NCBI GenBank assembly: GCA_027340875.1
Contig: DAIENX010000077.1
Span: 1-24,694, forward strand
Reading direction: 5' to 3'
Source: Elusimicrobiota bacterium
GTDB taxonomy: Bacteria; Elusimicrobiota; Elusimicrobia; Elusimicrobiales; UBA9959
Length of the DNA: 24,694 nucleotides
A program made the translations under genes and the position numbers. Below are positions 9,820 through 19,108 of the stretch, one piece after another; position 1 is the first letter of the stretch; each line of letters begins with the position of its first letter. Under the pieces are notes generated by a model. That model was not told the DNA's origin. It saw nothing but the letters and a program-made list of their open reading frames with translations, and did no database searches.

Positions 9820-10782
9820 ATGTCAGTGCAGACCAAGCCGGCCAAGCATATCACCGTCCGGGAACTGCTCAGGTCCAGGGGCAGGATCCTGGGCCTGAAG
9901 GCCGTCGCCGGAGCGGGGAACCTCAACCGGCACGTCACCGTCAGCGAGATAAACCGCCCCGGCCTCGCGATAGCCGGCCACATGGAGCAGTTCCGCGCGG
10001 AACGCATCCAGATCATAGGCCAGGGCGAGTACGCCTACTGCCAGAAAGAGGATTCCCGCCGGGTCTCGGCGAACCTGCAGAAAATGTTCTCCGCGCAGGA
10101 CATTCCGTGCGTGATAGTGACCGGCGGCGCCAAGCCGCTGACGGTGATAAAACAGGCCTGCGCGAAGGCCCGGGTCCCGCTGCTGACCACGACCTCCGAC
10201 ACGTCGGCGTTCATCCGCGAGCTGACGATGTTCCTGGACGATCAGCTGGCGGCCATCACTTACGCGCACGGCGTGCTGGTCAGCGTCTACGGCCTGGGCG
10301 TCCTGATCCAGGGCGACTCCGGGGTGGGCAAGTCGGAGTGCGCGCTGGAGCTGCTCAAGCGCGGACACATCCTGATAGCCGACGACGTGGTCGAGGTGAA
10401 GCGCCGCATCGGGTACATGCTGGTCGGCAACTCGCCGAAGAACATCAAGCACTACATGGAAGTGCGCGGCCTCGGCATCATCGACGTGGAGCTGCTGTTC
10501 GGCATAGGCTCCACTATGGACCAGTCGCTGATAGAGATGCACGTGAAACTGGAGAGCGTGCCGTCCGGTTCGCTGGCCAACTACGACCGCACCGGCCTGA
10601 AGGCCGACAGCGTCAGCATCCTGGAGGTGCCGGTGCCGTCGCTGCGGCTGCCGGTGACCCCGGGCCGCAACCTGGCCGTGCTGATAGAGGTGGCCGCGCT
10701 GAACCAGCGCCTGAAGAACCAGGGCTACTTCGTCGCGAAGCGCTTCAACGACAGCCTGATACGCGAGATGGGGAAGAAATAG
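9820..10782 (+). CDS. hprK: HPr(Ser) kinase/phosphorylase
   Basis: INRPGLAIAG, HGVLV, GDSGVGKSECALEL, IADD, MEVRGLGII and PGRNLAVLIEVAA motifs. Confidence 0.97.
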   Translation: MSVQTKPAKHITVRELLRSRGRILGLKAVAGAGNLNRHVTVSEINRPGLAIAGHMEQFRAERIQIIGQGEYAYCQKEDSRRVSANLQKMFSAQDIPCVIVTGGAKPLTVIKQACAKARVPLLTTTSDTSAFIRELTMFLDDQLAAITYAHGVLVSVYGLGVLIQGDSGVGKSECALELLKRGHILIADDVVEVKRRIGYMLVGNSPKNIKHYMEVRGLGIIDVELLFGIGSTMDQSLIEMHVKLESVPSGSLANYDRTGLKADSVSILEVPVPSLRLPVTPGRNLAVLIEVAALNQRLKNQGYFVAKRFNDSLIREMGKK

Positions 10783-11646
10783 ATGGCCAGGACCGGAATA
10801 AAGGGCAGGATATTCATCATCACCGGCATGTCCGGCGCCGGCAAGAGCCAGGCGCTGAAGTCCTTCGAGGACCTCGGGTTCTACTGCATCGACAACCTGC
10901 CGATCTCGCTGATCCCGCAGTTCGCGGGGCTGGTGGGCGACAGGCGTTATCTGAGGAACGTGGCGCTCGGTATAGACATCCGCGAGGGCCGCTTCTTCAA
11001 GGATTTCATCCGCACGCTGGACAACCTCGGCAAGCTGGGGCTGGACTACAAGATCATGTTCCTCGACGCCTCCGACGAGGTGCTGATGCAGCGCTTCTCC
11101 GAGACCCGCCACCGCCATCCGCTCGGCAAGAACATCGCCGCGGCGGTCAAGGAGGAGCGGCGGCTGCTCTTCGAGCTGAAGGCCCGTGCCAACAAGGTCA
11201 TCGACACCACCAAGCTGACGCTGGGGGAGCTCAAGGAAGTCCTCTCGGCCGCGCTGGAGCTGAAGCGCACGGCGGAGATGAAGCTCTCGGTGATCTCCTT
11301 CGGCTATAAGTACGGCATCCCGCTGGACGCCGACATCGTGATGGACGTGCGCTTCCTGCCCAACCCGTATTACGTGGCCTCGCTGCGGAAGAAGACCGGG
11401 ATGGACGCGTCCGTCGGGGTCTACCTGCGCAGGCAGCCGGGCTTCAAGAGCTTCCTTAAGTCCTATACCGAGCAGATCAGGACGCTGCTGCCGCTCTACA
11501 TCAAGGAGGGCAAGTCCTATCTTACTATAGCGATAGGCTGCACCGGCGGCAGGCATCGCAGCGTCTACATAGCCAGGCAGATAGCCGAGACGCTCTCCGC
11601 GGGCGGCTTCTCGGTCTCCGAGTACCACCGGGACATCCGCAAGTAA
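10783..11646 (+). CDS. rapZ: RNase adapter RapZ / YvcJ-family P-loop NTPase
   Basis: ITGMSGAGKS, YCIDNLP, FSETRHRHP, SFGYKYGIP, DVRFLPNP and GCTGGRHRSV motifs. Confidence 0.96.
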   Translation: MARTGIKGRIFIITGMSGAGKSQALKSFEDLGFYCIDNLPISLIPQFAGLVGDRRYLRNVALGIDIREGRFFKDFIRTLDNLGKLGLDYKIMFLDASDEVLMQRFSETRHRHPLGKNIAAAVKEERRLLFELKARANKVIDTTKLTLGELKEVLSAALELKRTAEMKLSVISFGYKYGIPLDADIVMDVRFLPNPYYVASLRKKTGMDASVGVYLRRQPGFKSFLKSYTEQIRTLLPLYIKEGKSYLTIAIGCTGGRHRSVYIARQIAETLSAGGFSVSEYHRDIRK

Positions 11647-11675
11647 CGCCGCGCCGGAGCGCGGCCGGAGTTCTT

Positions 11676-12083
11676 ATGATAAATATCATCGTCATTACGC
11701 ACGGGGAGTTCGGTGCCTACCTGATAGAGGCGGCCGAGGGCATAGTGGGCGCCCAGCACGAGGGTCTGAAGAACGTCTCCATCTCCGCGCGCATGACGCT
11801 GGAGCGCGTCAGGGAGGCCATCTCCTCCGCGATAGAAGAAATGCGCTCCGACGACGGCATGATCTTCCTGATAGACATGCCCGGCGGCACGCCGATGAAC
11901 GTGGTGCTGCCGCTGGCCAAGGACATCGCGAGGAGCGCGGTGATCTGCGGCGTCAACATCAACATGATGACCTCCGCGTTCGCCTACAGGCAGTCCCTGG
12001 ATTTCGACAGGCTCGCGGTCAAGATAGTGGAGGACGGCCGGAAGGCCGTCTGCGAAGTGAAGAGCCTTCTGATGAAGAAGTGA
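11676..12083 (+). CDS. PTS mannose/fructose/sorbose family IIA component
   Basis: IIVITHG (phospho-His), LIDMPGGTP, CGVNINM. Confidence 0.9.
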   Translation: MINIIVITHGEFGAYLIEAAEGIVGAQHEGLKNVSISARMTLERVREAISSAIEEMRSDDGMIFLIDMPGGTPMNVVLPLAKDIARSAVICGVNINMMTSAFAYRQSLDFDRLAVKIVEDGRKAVCEVKSLLMKK

Positions 12084-12090
12084 GGACGGC

Positions 12091-12567
12091 ATGATAATCC
12101 TTTACAGGGTCGACGACAGGCTGGTTCACGGCCAGGTGGTGGAGGGCTGGGTGCCGCTTTTGAAGGCGGAGGAGCTGGCCGTGGTGTCCGACGAGATAGC
12201 CGCCGACGAGATGCGGCAGACCATAATGCGCTTCGCCACGCCCGAGGGCGTGGACCTGAAGATAATGACGGTGGCCGACGCCGAGACCTATCTCCCGGAG
12301 GCGGAGAAGTCCGGCCGGCGCGTGCTGCTGCTGCTGCCGGGCCTCGCGGAGGCCGTGGCGCTCTCCAAGAACGGCGTGAAGATGCCGTCCCTTAACATCG
12401 GCGGAATGCACTATTCGGCCGGCAAGAACCTCTCGATAGGCAAGGCCATCTTCCTGAACGAAGCCGACTGCGCCGCGCTGCGCGAGCTCTCGGCCGCCGG
12501 CATACAGATAGAGGGACGGGGCGTCCCCTCCGACAAGCCGCTGAACCTGATGGAGGCCATAGCCTGA
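12091..12567 (+). CDS. PTS mannose/sorbose family IIB component
   Basis: RVDDRLVHGQV (phospho-His) and LNIGGMH. SD GAGG upstream. Confidence 0.92.
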   Translation: MIILYRVDDRLVHGQVVEGWVPLLKAEELAVVSDEIAADEMRQTIMRFATPEGVDLKIMTVADAETYLPEAEKSGRRVLLLLPGLAEAVALSKNGVKMPSLNIGGMHYSAGKNLSIGKAIFLNEADCAALRELSAAGIQIEGRGVPSDKPLNLMEAIA

Positions 12568-12609
12568 CCATGGGAACCGCGCAGCTCAACGGCGCCGCGG
12601 GAGGGCGGA

Positions 12610-13215
12610 TTGCTTAAGGCTCTCGTCTCCTCGGCCCTCGCCGGGCTGCTCGGCCTGGACACCGTCCAGGCGGGGCAGTTCCTGCTGTCGCGGCCGGCGC
12701 TGATCGGGCCGCTGCTGGGCTGGCTCAACGGCTTTCCGCTCGAAGGGGCCCGCCTCGGGGCCATCATCGAGCTGCTGTACATGGATTTCATCCCGGTGGG
12801 CGGAGTGGTGCCGCCTAACGGGGCGGTGGCCGCCGCGGCCGCGGTGCTGGCTCACGCGGCGGGCGGACTGGCGCCTTCGCTGGCCTTCTTCATCGGCCTG
12901 GCCGCCGGCTCGCTCTTCTCCCCGGTGGAATACAGGCTGCGCGCGGCCCGCTCCTCCTGGGGGCGGAAGCTGGACGCGCAGGTCATGGCCGGGGATCTCG
13001 GCCTCGGCCGCTGGGTGACGTTCTCCCTGGCTTCAGAGGCCGTGGTCACCGCGGCGTTCGTTATGTGCTGCACGGCCGCCGCCGGCCTGCTGGCCGCGGT
13101 CCCGGGGGTCGCCCGCCTCTATCCCGGCACGGATTTCGCCTATTCGCTGATGCCGTGGCTGGGACTCAGCGGGCTCTATTTCAGGTTCAGGACGCAGATC
13201 TACAAGAAAGGATAA
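12610..13215 (+). CDS. PTS mannose family IIC component (short)
   Basis: GQFLLSRPALIGPLLG...GAIIELLYM..IPVGGVVPP. TTG start with GGAGG at 12600-12604. Confidence 0.8.
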   Translation: MLKALVSSALAGLLGLDTVQAGQFLLSRPALIGPLLGWLNGFPLEGARLGAIIELLYMDFIPVGGVVPPNGAVAAAAAVLAHAAGGLAPSLAFFIGLAAGSLFSPVEYRLRAARSSWGRKLDAQVMAGDLGLGRWVTFSLASEAVVTAAFVMCCTAAAGLLAAVPGVARLYPGTDFAYSLMPWLGLSGLYFRFRTQIYKKG

Positions 13216-13217
13216 AG

Positions 13218-14054
13218 ATGTTCGGGTCGATGTTCGTGAGGTCGTTCTTCATGCAGGCGGGCTGGAACTACGAAAGGTTCCAGAACCTCGGCTTCGCCTT
13301 CACGCTGCGGCCCGCGCTGGAGAGGATCTACCCTGACCGGGAGAAGCTGAAGGCCGCGCTGCTGCGCCATCTCCAGCTGGTGAACACTCAGCCTTACATG
13401 GCCTCCTTCGTGGCCGGCAACGTGGCCCGCATGGAGGAGAAGGCGGCGGCTTCCGCGGACCAGGAGGCGGCCCTCAAGAGCCTGCCCGGGGTCAAGCAGG
13501 CGCTGGCCTCGAGCTTCGCCTCGATAGGCGACAGGATCTTCTGGGGCAGGCTGAAGCCGATGACCACGCAGATCTGCCTGCTGGTCTGGGCCGCCGGCGG
13601 TTTCTCGGGCTGGCTGTTCACCGGGATGGATTCAAAGGCCGGCATGCCGCTGCTGCTGGCGGGCCCGCTGACGGGGATAGTTTTTTATTCCGCCTTCGCG
13701 GTCTACTGGCGCTGGCGCGGTCTTAAGACCGGGTACGCCTGCGGCGGCACCGCCGCCTGCGGCCTCGACAGCGTCAACTGGACCAGGATGATACGCAGGC
13801 TCTCGGCCGCCGGCTTCGCGATGTCGCTGGCCATATCGCTGCTGGCCCTGGGCATGCTGCTGGCCCTGAGCGGCATTTCCTGCGCCCCGGGCGGGATAGC
13901 CATGAGGGCCGGGGCCGTGCTGGGAGTGCTGGTCCTTCACCGCGTCTGCCGCGCCACCGGCAGGTCCGTGTTCTTCGCGGCGGCGGCTCTGCTGTTCGCC
14001 TCGCTGCTGCTGTTCAGCGTTTTCGACTTCAGGCCTTTCGAGCTTTACATATGA
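13218..14054 (+). CDS. PTS mannose family IID component
   Basis: RSFFMQAGWNYERFQNLGF, NTQPYM, ASIGDRIFW. The ATG at 13218, just after the IIC stop, is preferred over the track start at 13065. Confidence 0.88.
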   Translation: MFGSMFVRSFFMQAGWNYERFQNLGFAFTLRPALERIYPDREKLKAALLRHLQLVNTQPYMASFVAGNVARMEEKAAASADQEAALKSLPGVKQALASSFASIGDRIFWGRLKPMTTQICLLVWAAGGFSGWLFTGMDSKAGMPLLLAGPLTGIVFYSAFAVYWRWRGLKTGYACGGTAACGLDSVNWTRMIRRLSAAGFAMSLAISLLALGMLLALSGISCAPGGIAMRAGAVLGVLVLHRVCRATGRSVFFAAAALLFASLLLFSVFDFRPFELYI

Positions 14055-14317
14055 CAAAAAGAACGATCAAGATCATCAACGAACTGGGCATACACGCCCG
14101 CCCGGCCGGCATGATAGCCAACACCGCCTCCAGGTTCGCCTGCGACATAAGGCTGGTGAAGGACGGCATGGAGGTCAACGCGAAGAGCATCATGGGCATC
14201 ATGACGCTGGCCGCGGGCAAGGGCAGCGCGATAGAGATAACCGCTAAGGGCTCGGACGAGGGCGAGGCGGTGGCGGCGCTCGCCGATCTGTTCGAGAAGA
14301 AATTCGACGAGGATTAA
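14051..14317 (+). CDS. ptsH: Phosphocarrier protein HPr
   Basis: GIHARPA (His15) and NAKSIMG (Ser46). ATGA overlap with IID. Confidence 0.96.
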   Translation: MTKRTIKIINELGIHARPAGMIANTASRFACDIRLVKDGMEVNAKSIMGIMTLAAGKGSAIEITAKGSDEGEAVAALADLFEKKFDED

Positions 14318-14332
14318 CGCTACAGGGGAATT

Positions 14333-16060
14333 ATGCTGATAAAGAAAGGGGTGCCGGCCAGCCTCGGAATAGCCATAGGCAAGGCCCATATCGTCAAAGA
14401 GGAGAACATCCTCATCGAGCAGAAGGACGTTCCGCCCGAGAAGATCAAGGCGGAGGTGAAGCGCTTCAAGGAGGCGCTCGACAAGACCAAGCTCGACCTC
14501 GACGCGATACGGGGCAAGATCCTGAACGTGCTCGGCAAGCAGCACGCCAAGCTGATAGACGCGCACCACCTGATCCTGCAGGACCCGCTGATCACCAAGG
14601 AGGTGCCGAAGCTGATCGTCTCCAAGGGGATGAACGCCGAGTTCGCTCTCTCCGAGATACTCGACAAGGCCGAGGAACAGTTCGAGAAGATAGACGACGA
14701 GTTCTTCCACGAGCGCAAGCACGACATCTTCGACGTGGGCAAGAAGATCATCTCCAACCTGGTCAACAGCAAGAAGACCTCGTTGAAGGACCTGAAGGAC
14801 CCGGTCATCATCGTGGCGCACAACCTCTATCCGTCGGATACGCTGCATATCCGCGAGTCCAACAAAGTGCTGGGCTTCTGCATGGACCTCGGCTCCAAGT
14901 CCAGCCATACCGCCATCTTCGCGCAGAGCATGGGCATACCGGCCGTCGTCGGACTGTCCGACATCAGCCGCCAGATCCAGAGCGGCGACACTCTGGTGGT
15001 GGACGGCGAGCAGGGGATGGTCATCATCTCGCCCACCACCGAGATCATCGAGAAGTATAAGGTGCGCAAGGAGGAGCTGCAGAAGCAGGAGCACTTCTTC
15101 CACCGCCTGAAGGGCCTGCCCGCCACCACGCGCGACGGCCACAAGATCAGCCTGATGTGCAACCTGGACTCCGCCGAGGACGCGCCCGAGCTGCCGGCCG
15201 TCAAGGCCGAGGGCGTGGGCCTGTACCGCACCGAGTTCCTGTATATGAACCGGGATTCGGTGCCTACGGAGGAGGAGCAGCTGACCGCGTATTCCTCGGT
15301 GGTGAAGGCCGCGCCGGGGATCCCGCTGACGATACGCACCGCCGATATCGGCGGCGACCGCGCCACCCAGCTCGGCATCAAGGGCTTGAAGGACGAACGC
15401 AACCCTTTCATGGGCTTCCGCGGCATCCGCCTGTTCATCAAGTACCCCGAGCTGCTGAAGACGCAGCTGCGGGCCATCTACAAGGCGAACACCGAAGGGA
15501 ACATCAAGGTGATGATCCCGATGCTGTCCTCGGCCGACGAGCTGCTGACCGTGAAGCGCATAGCGGCCGACGTGAAGACCGAGCTGGCCGAGGAGGGCTT
15601 TAGCGTCGGCAAGGACCCCGAGTTCGGCGTGATGGTGGAGATCCCGGCCGCGGCCATCATTCTGGACTCGCTGCTCGGCGAGATCGACTTCGTCTCGATA
15701 GGCACGAACGACCTGGTGCAGTACACGCTGGCCGTGGACCGCATCAACCAGTACGTTTCCGAGCTGTACGAGCCTTTCCACCCGGCGGTGCTGCGCCTGA
15801 TAAACCTGGTGGTGCAGACGGCCCACAAGAAGGGCAAGCCGGTCTCCGTCTGCGGCGAGATGGCCTCCGACCCGTACGCGATACCGCTGCTGATCGGCCT
15901 CGGCGTGGACATACTCTCGGTGCCGGCCAAGATGTACCTGCGCTCCAAGCACTCGGTCCGCTCGATGAGCTTCGAGAAGTTCACCGGCATAGCGCAGCGC
16001 GCGCTCAGCATGGCCACCTCCGACGAGATACGCCGGCTGGTCGAGGAAGAGGTGAAGTGA
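14333..16060 (+). CDS. ptsI: PEP-protein phosphotransferase, Enzyme I
   Basis: SSHTAI, GVGLYRTEF, ERNPFMGFRGIR, SIGTNDLVQY and CGEMASDP motifs; 575 aa. Confidence 0.97.
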   Translation: MLIKKGVPASLGIAIGKAHIVKEENILIEQKDVPPEKIKAEVKRFKEALDKTKLDLDAIRGKILNVLGKQHAKLIDAHHLILQDPLITKEVPKLIVSKGMNAEFALSEILDKAEEQFEKIDDEFFHERKHDIFDVGKKIISNLVNSKKTSLKDLKDPVIIVAHNLYPSDTLHIRESNKVLGFCMDLGSKSSHTAIFAQSMGIPAVVGLSDISRQIQSGDTLVVDGEQGMVIISPTTEIIEKYKVRKEELQKQEHFFHRLKGLPATTRDGHKISLMCNLDSAEDAPELPAVKAEGVGLYRTEFLYMNRDSVPTEEEQLTAYSSVVKAAPGIPLTIRTADIGGDRATQLGIKGLKDERNPFMGFRGIRLFIKYPELLKTQLRAIYKANTEGNIKVMIPMLSSADELLTVKRIAADVKTELAEEGFSVGKDPEFGVMVEIPAAAIILDSLLGEIDFVSIGTNDLVQYTLAVDRINQYVSELYEPFHPAVLRLINLVVQTAHKKGKPVSVCGEMASDPYAIPLLIGLGVDILSVPAKMYLRSKHSVRSMSFEKFTGIAQRALSMATSDEIRRLVEEEVK

Positions 16061-16070
16061 ATGCCGAGCA

Positions 16071-16202
16071 GTGCCGTGGCGGGGCAATGGCGCAGAGGGT
16101 ACTCGCGCAGGGCGAGGCTTGCGCAAGCGCCGAGCCCGAGCGGTAGCACGCGCACGGTGTGCGCGATAGCGTGCCCGAAGCGTCATTGCCCCGGCATGGC
16201 GC
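16071..16202 (+). repeat. Structured interspersed element, copy 1 (between ptsI and lepA)
   Basis: 23-bp outer stem 16071-16093/16180-16202 (three G-U/T pairs, one mismatch). It encloses GCTT-gcgc-AAGC (16117-16128) and CGCGCAC-GGT-GTGCGCG (16149-16165). Core aligns with 21555-21636. Confidence 0.8.
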
Positions 16203-16226
16203 GACTAAAGTTCTAAGAATAGCAAC

Positions 16227-18038
16227 ATGAAGATACGCAACTTTTCCATCATAGCCCACATCGACCACGGCAAATCCACGCTGGCGGACCGCTTCATACA
16301 GCTGACCGACACCGTGCCTGACCGGCAGATGAAGGAGCAGTTCCTGGACGGCATGGAGCTGGAGCGCGAGCGCGGCATAACCATCAAGGCCAAGGCCGTG
16401 CGCATGCTGTACAAGGCCGACGACGGCGAAGAGTACGTGCTGAACCTGATCGACACCCCCGGCCACGTGGACTTCTCGTACGAGGTGTCCCGCGCGATGG
16501 CCGCCTGCGAGGGCGCGATACTGCTGGTGGACGCGTCGCAGGGAGTGGAGGCCCAGACGCTGGCCCACGCGCACCTGGCGCAGTCGCTCGGCCTCAAGAT
16601 CCTGCCCGTCATCAACAAGATAGACCTCGAGCACGCCGACCCCGACGCCACCGAGGAGCAGATCTGGGAGGTCCTGAAGAACCCCGTGGAGGCCTCGCGC
16701 ATCAGCGCCAAGGACGGCCGCGGCGCCAAAGAGGTGCTGGAGCGCGTCATAAAGGAGATACCTCCGCCCGAGGGCTCGCCGGAAAGGCCGCTGAAGGCGC
16801 TGGTCTTCGACTCCTTCTACGACGTCTACAAGGGCGTCATCATCTATACCCGCGTGGTGGACGGCGAGCTCAAACCCGGCCGCCACATCTCGTTCTGGTC
16901 CAACGGCAAGTCCTATAAGGTGGAGGAGGTCGGCTACCTCAACCCCAAGATGCAGAAGTCCGAGTCCATACGCACCGGCGAGGTGGGCTACATAGTGCCC
17001 GGCATACGCGACATCCACGAGATAAAGATGGGCGACACCATCTCCGAGAAGGAGAGGAAGATAGACGCGCCGCTGCCGGGCTACAAGGACGTCAACCCGG
17101 TGGTCTACGCCGGCTTCTACCCGGTCAATACCACGGACTATACCGCGCTGAAGACCGCGCTGGAGAAGATCAGCCTCACCGACTCCTCGTTCACTTACCA
17201 GGGCGAGACGTCGAAGGCCCTGGGCTTCGGCTTCCGCATAGGCTTCATGGGGCTGCTGCACCTCGACATCATCCGGGAGCGCATAGAGCGGGAGTTCGAC
17301 ATACCGCTGATAGCCACGAACCCCAACGTCATCTACAAGGTGCTGGCCAAGACCCATCACGCCTCGAAGGAGTCGAAGTACGTGGAGGTGACCAACCCGG
17401 CCGACTTCCCGCATTACGGGGACGTGCTCGACATCATGGAGCCGTACGTGCACGCCAACATCATAGCGCCGCTGACCTACATGGAGGGCATCATTAACCT
17501 CCTGAAGGAGAAGCGCGGCGAGCACCTGAAGATAGAGTACATCTCCACGACCCGCGTGATCGTGGAGTACCTGCTGCCGCTCTCGGAGATCATCATAGAC
17601 TTCTACGACAGGCTGAAGTCGGTGTCGAAGGGCTACGCCTCGTTCGACTACGAGCCGTTCGAGTACCGCTCCTCCGACATGGTGAAGATAGAGATGCTGC
17701 TGCACGGGGACGTGGTGGACGCCCTCTCCTTCATCACGCACAAGACCAAGTCGCTCTCGGCGTCGCGCCAGCTCTGCGAGAAGCTCAAAGAGCTGATCCC
17801 GAAGCACATGTTCGAGATAGCGGTGCAGGCGCAGGTGAACGGCAAGATCATCGCGCGCGAGACGATAGGCGCGCAGCGCAAGGACGTGCTGGCCAAGTGT
17901 TACGGCGGCGACATCACCCGCAAGAGGAAGCTGCTCGAGAAGCAGAAGGAAGGCAAGCGCAAAATGAAGCTGATGGGGTCGGTCGAGATCCCTCAGGAGG
18001 CCTTCATGTCGCTGCTCAAGATCAGCCAGGACAAATAG
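16227..18038 (+). CDS. lepA: Translation elongation factor 4 (LepA)
   Basis: IRNFSIIAHIDHGKSTLADR, ERERGITIK, LIDTPGHVDFSYEV, KCYGGDITRKRKLLEKQKEGK. Confidence 0.99.
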   Translation: MKIRNFSIIAHIDHGKSTLADRFIQLTDTVPDRQMKEQFLDGMELERERGITIKAKAVRMLYKADDGEEYVLNLIDTPGHVDFSYEVSRAMAACEGAILLVDASQGVEAQTLAHAHLAQSLGLKILPVINKIDLEHADPDATEEQIWEVLKNPVEASRISAKDGRGAKEVLERVIKEIPPPEGSPERPLKALVFDSFYDVYKGVIIYTRVVDGELKPGRHISFWSNGKSYKVEEVGYLNPKMQKSESIRTGEVGYIVPGIRDIHEIKMGDTISEKERKIDAPLPGYKDVNPVVYAGFYPVNTTDYTALKTALEKISLTDSSFTYQGETSKALGFGFRIGFMGLLHLDIIRERIEREFDIPLIATNPNVIYKVLAKTHHASKESKYVEVTNPADFPHYGDVLDIMEPYVHANIIAPLTYMEGIINLLKEKRGEHLKIEYISTTRVIVEYLLPLSEIIIDFYDRLKSVSKGYASFDYEPFEYRSSDMVKIEMLLHGDVVDALSFITHKTKSLSASRQLCEKLKELIPKHMFEIAVQAQVNGKIIARETIGAQRKDVLAKCYGGDITRKRKLLEKQKEGKRKMKLMGSVEIPQEAFMSLLKISQDK

Positions 18039-18096
18039 CCGCGCAACCGCGCCCCTTTCAGGGCCGTATGCCTTGAGGGGGCGGGCCGGCGCGGGC
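18038..18096 (+). other. Intergenic GC-rich stem-loop between lepA and lepB
   Basis: CGCCCCTTTCAGGGC (18050-18064) pairs with GCCTTGAGGGGGCG (18070-18083) and can be extended outward. No U-tract. Confidence 0.5.
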
Positions 18097-18109
18097 GGAG
18101 ACATACATC

Positions 18110-19108
18110 ATGGAAGAAAAACTTTTCTGGATAGGCGTGCTGATGGGCGCGCATCTGTTCCTCTCCCATCATTTCAAGGACAAGGGCAGGTTCAAGGCCG
18201 ACAACCGCTTCACGCGGGGCTGGCACGCCGTCTTCGCGGCTCTGGCCGCCTTCGTGGCGGCCGTGCTGCTGTCCGTAAGCCTCGACAACAGGCGCGGGGA
18301 CGTGGTGACCTCCATGCTCTTCAGCTGGCGGCAGCTCTCCTACGGCCTGCTGGCCGCCGCGGCCGCCGCCTCTTACGCCATGTGGAGGGGGCTGGCCGGC
18401 AAGACCAAGCTGAAGGACGGCATGAACGTCACGATGAAGGAGGACATGGAGTGGTCCGAGACGGTGTTCTCGGCCGTGCTGCTGGCCTCGGTGGTCATGT
18501 ACCTGTTCATCCAGGCCTTCAAGATCCCGTCCGGTTCCATGGAGAACACGTTCCTGATAGGAGACCACCTGTTCGTCAATAAGTTCATCTACGGGTTCAG
18601 GGTGCCGTACACGCACAAGAAGTTCCTCGCGCTGCGCCACGTCAAGCGCGGCGACATCATCGTGTTCCAGTTCCCGTCCACAGACCCGCGCGAGTTCCAG
18701 TGCGGCGGCAGCCAGTATGGCAAGGATTTCATCAAGCGCGTCATCGGCATGCCCGGCGACACCGTGGAGGTGCGCGACGGCCAGCTCTACATCAACGGCG
18801 ACAAGGCCGGGGAGGAGCCGTACGCCCGCTACGCGGACGCCTTCCGCTATCCTAAGGCCACGGGGAAGGTATCCCGGGAGGACTACCAGTCATACTGGCA
18901 GGACCGCATGCTGGGCAAGATGTTTTCGGAGTACGTGCGCGACAATTTCGGTCCGGTCACCGTGCCGCAGGGCCAGTATCTGGTCATGGGCGACAACCGC
19001 GACCGCTCCTGCGACTCGCGCTACTGGGGCGCCGTGCCGGACTACCTTATAAAGGGCAGGGCCTGGTTCCGCTACTGGCCCCCGTCGCGCATAGGTTTCC
19101 CGGAATGA
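18110..19108 (+). CDS. lepB: Signal peptidase I (S26A) with extra N-terminal membrane segments
   Basis: IPSGSMENT (catalytic Ser), DFIKRVIG (catalytic Lys), MGDNRDRSCDSRYWG. Follows lepA. Confidence 0.95.
   Translation: MEEKLFWIGVLMGAHLFLSHHFKDKGRFKADNRFTRGWHAVFAALAAFVAAVLLSVSLDNRRGDVVTSMLFSWRQLSYGLLAAAAAASYAMWRGLAGKTKLKDGMNVTMKEDMEWSETVFSAVLLASVVMYLFIQAFKIPSGSMENTFLIGDHLFVNKFIYGFRVPYTHKKFLALRHVKRGDIIVFQFPSTDPREFQCGGSQYGKDFIKRVIGMPGDTVEVRDGQLYINGDKAGEEPYARYADAFRYPKATGKVSREDYQSYWQDRMLGKMFSEYVRDNFGPVTVPQGQYLVMGDNRDRSCDSRYWGAVPDYLIKGRAWFRYWPPSRIGFPE

Noticed and set aside
12570..12617. Short ORF MGTAQLNGAAGGRIA between IIB and IIC, or a frameshifted IIC start
   Set aside because: IIC has its own TTG with a GGAGG SD, and the peptide shows no supporting features.
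13065..13217. N-terminal extension of IID given in the ORF track
   Set aside because: It overlaps IIC in another frame, and family similarity begins at ATG 13218.
9823..18104. Long antisense ORFs (9823-11628, 14045-16186, 16005-18104)
   Set aside because: Shadows of well-conserved + strand genes; expected from high-GC codon bias.
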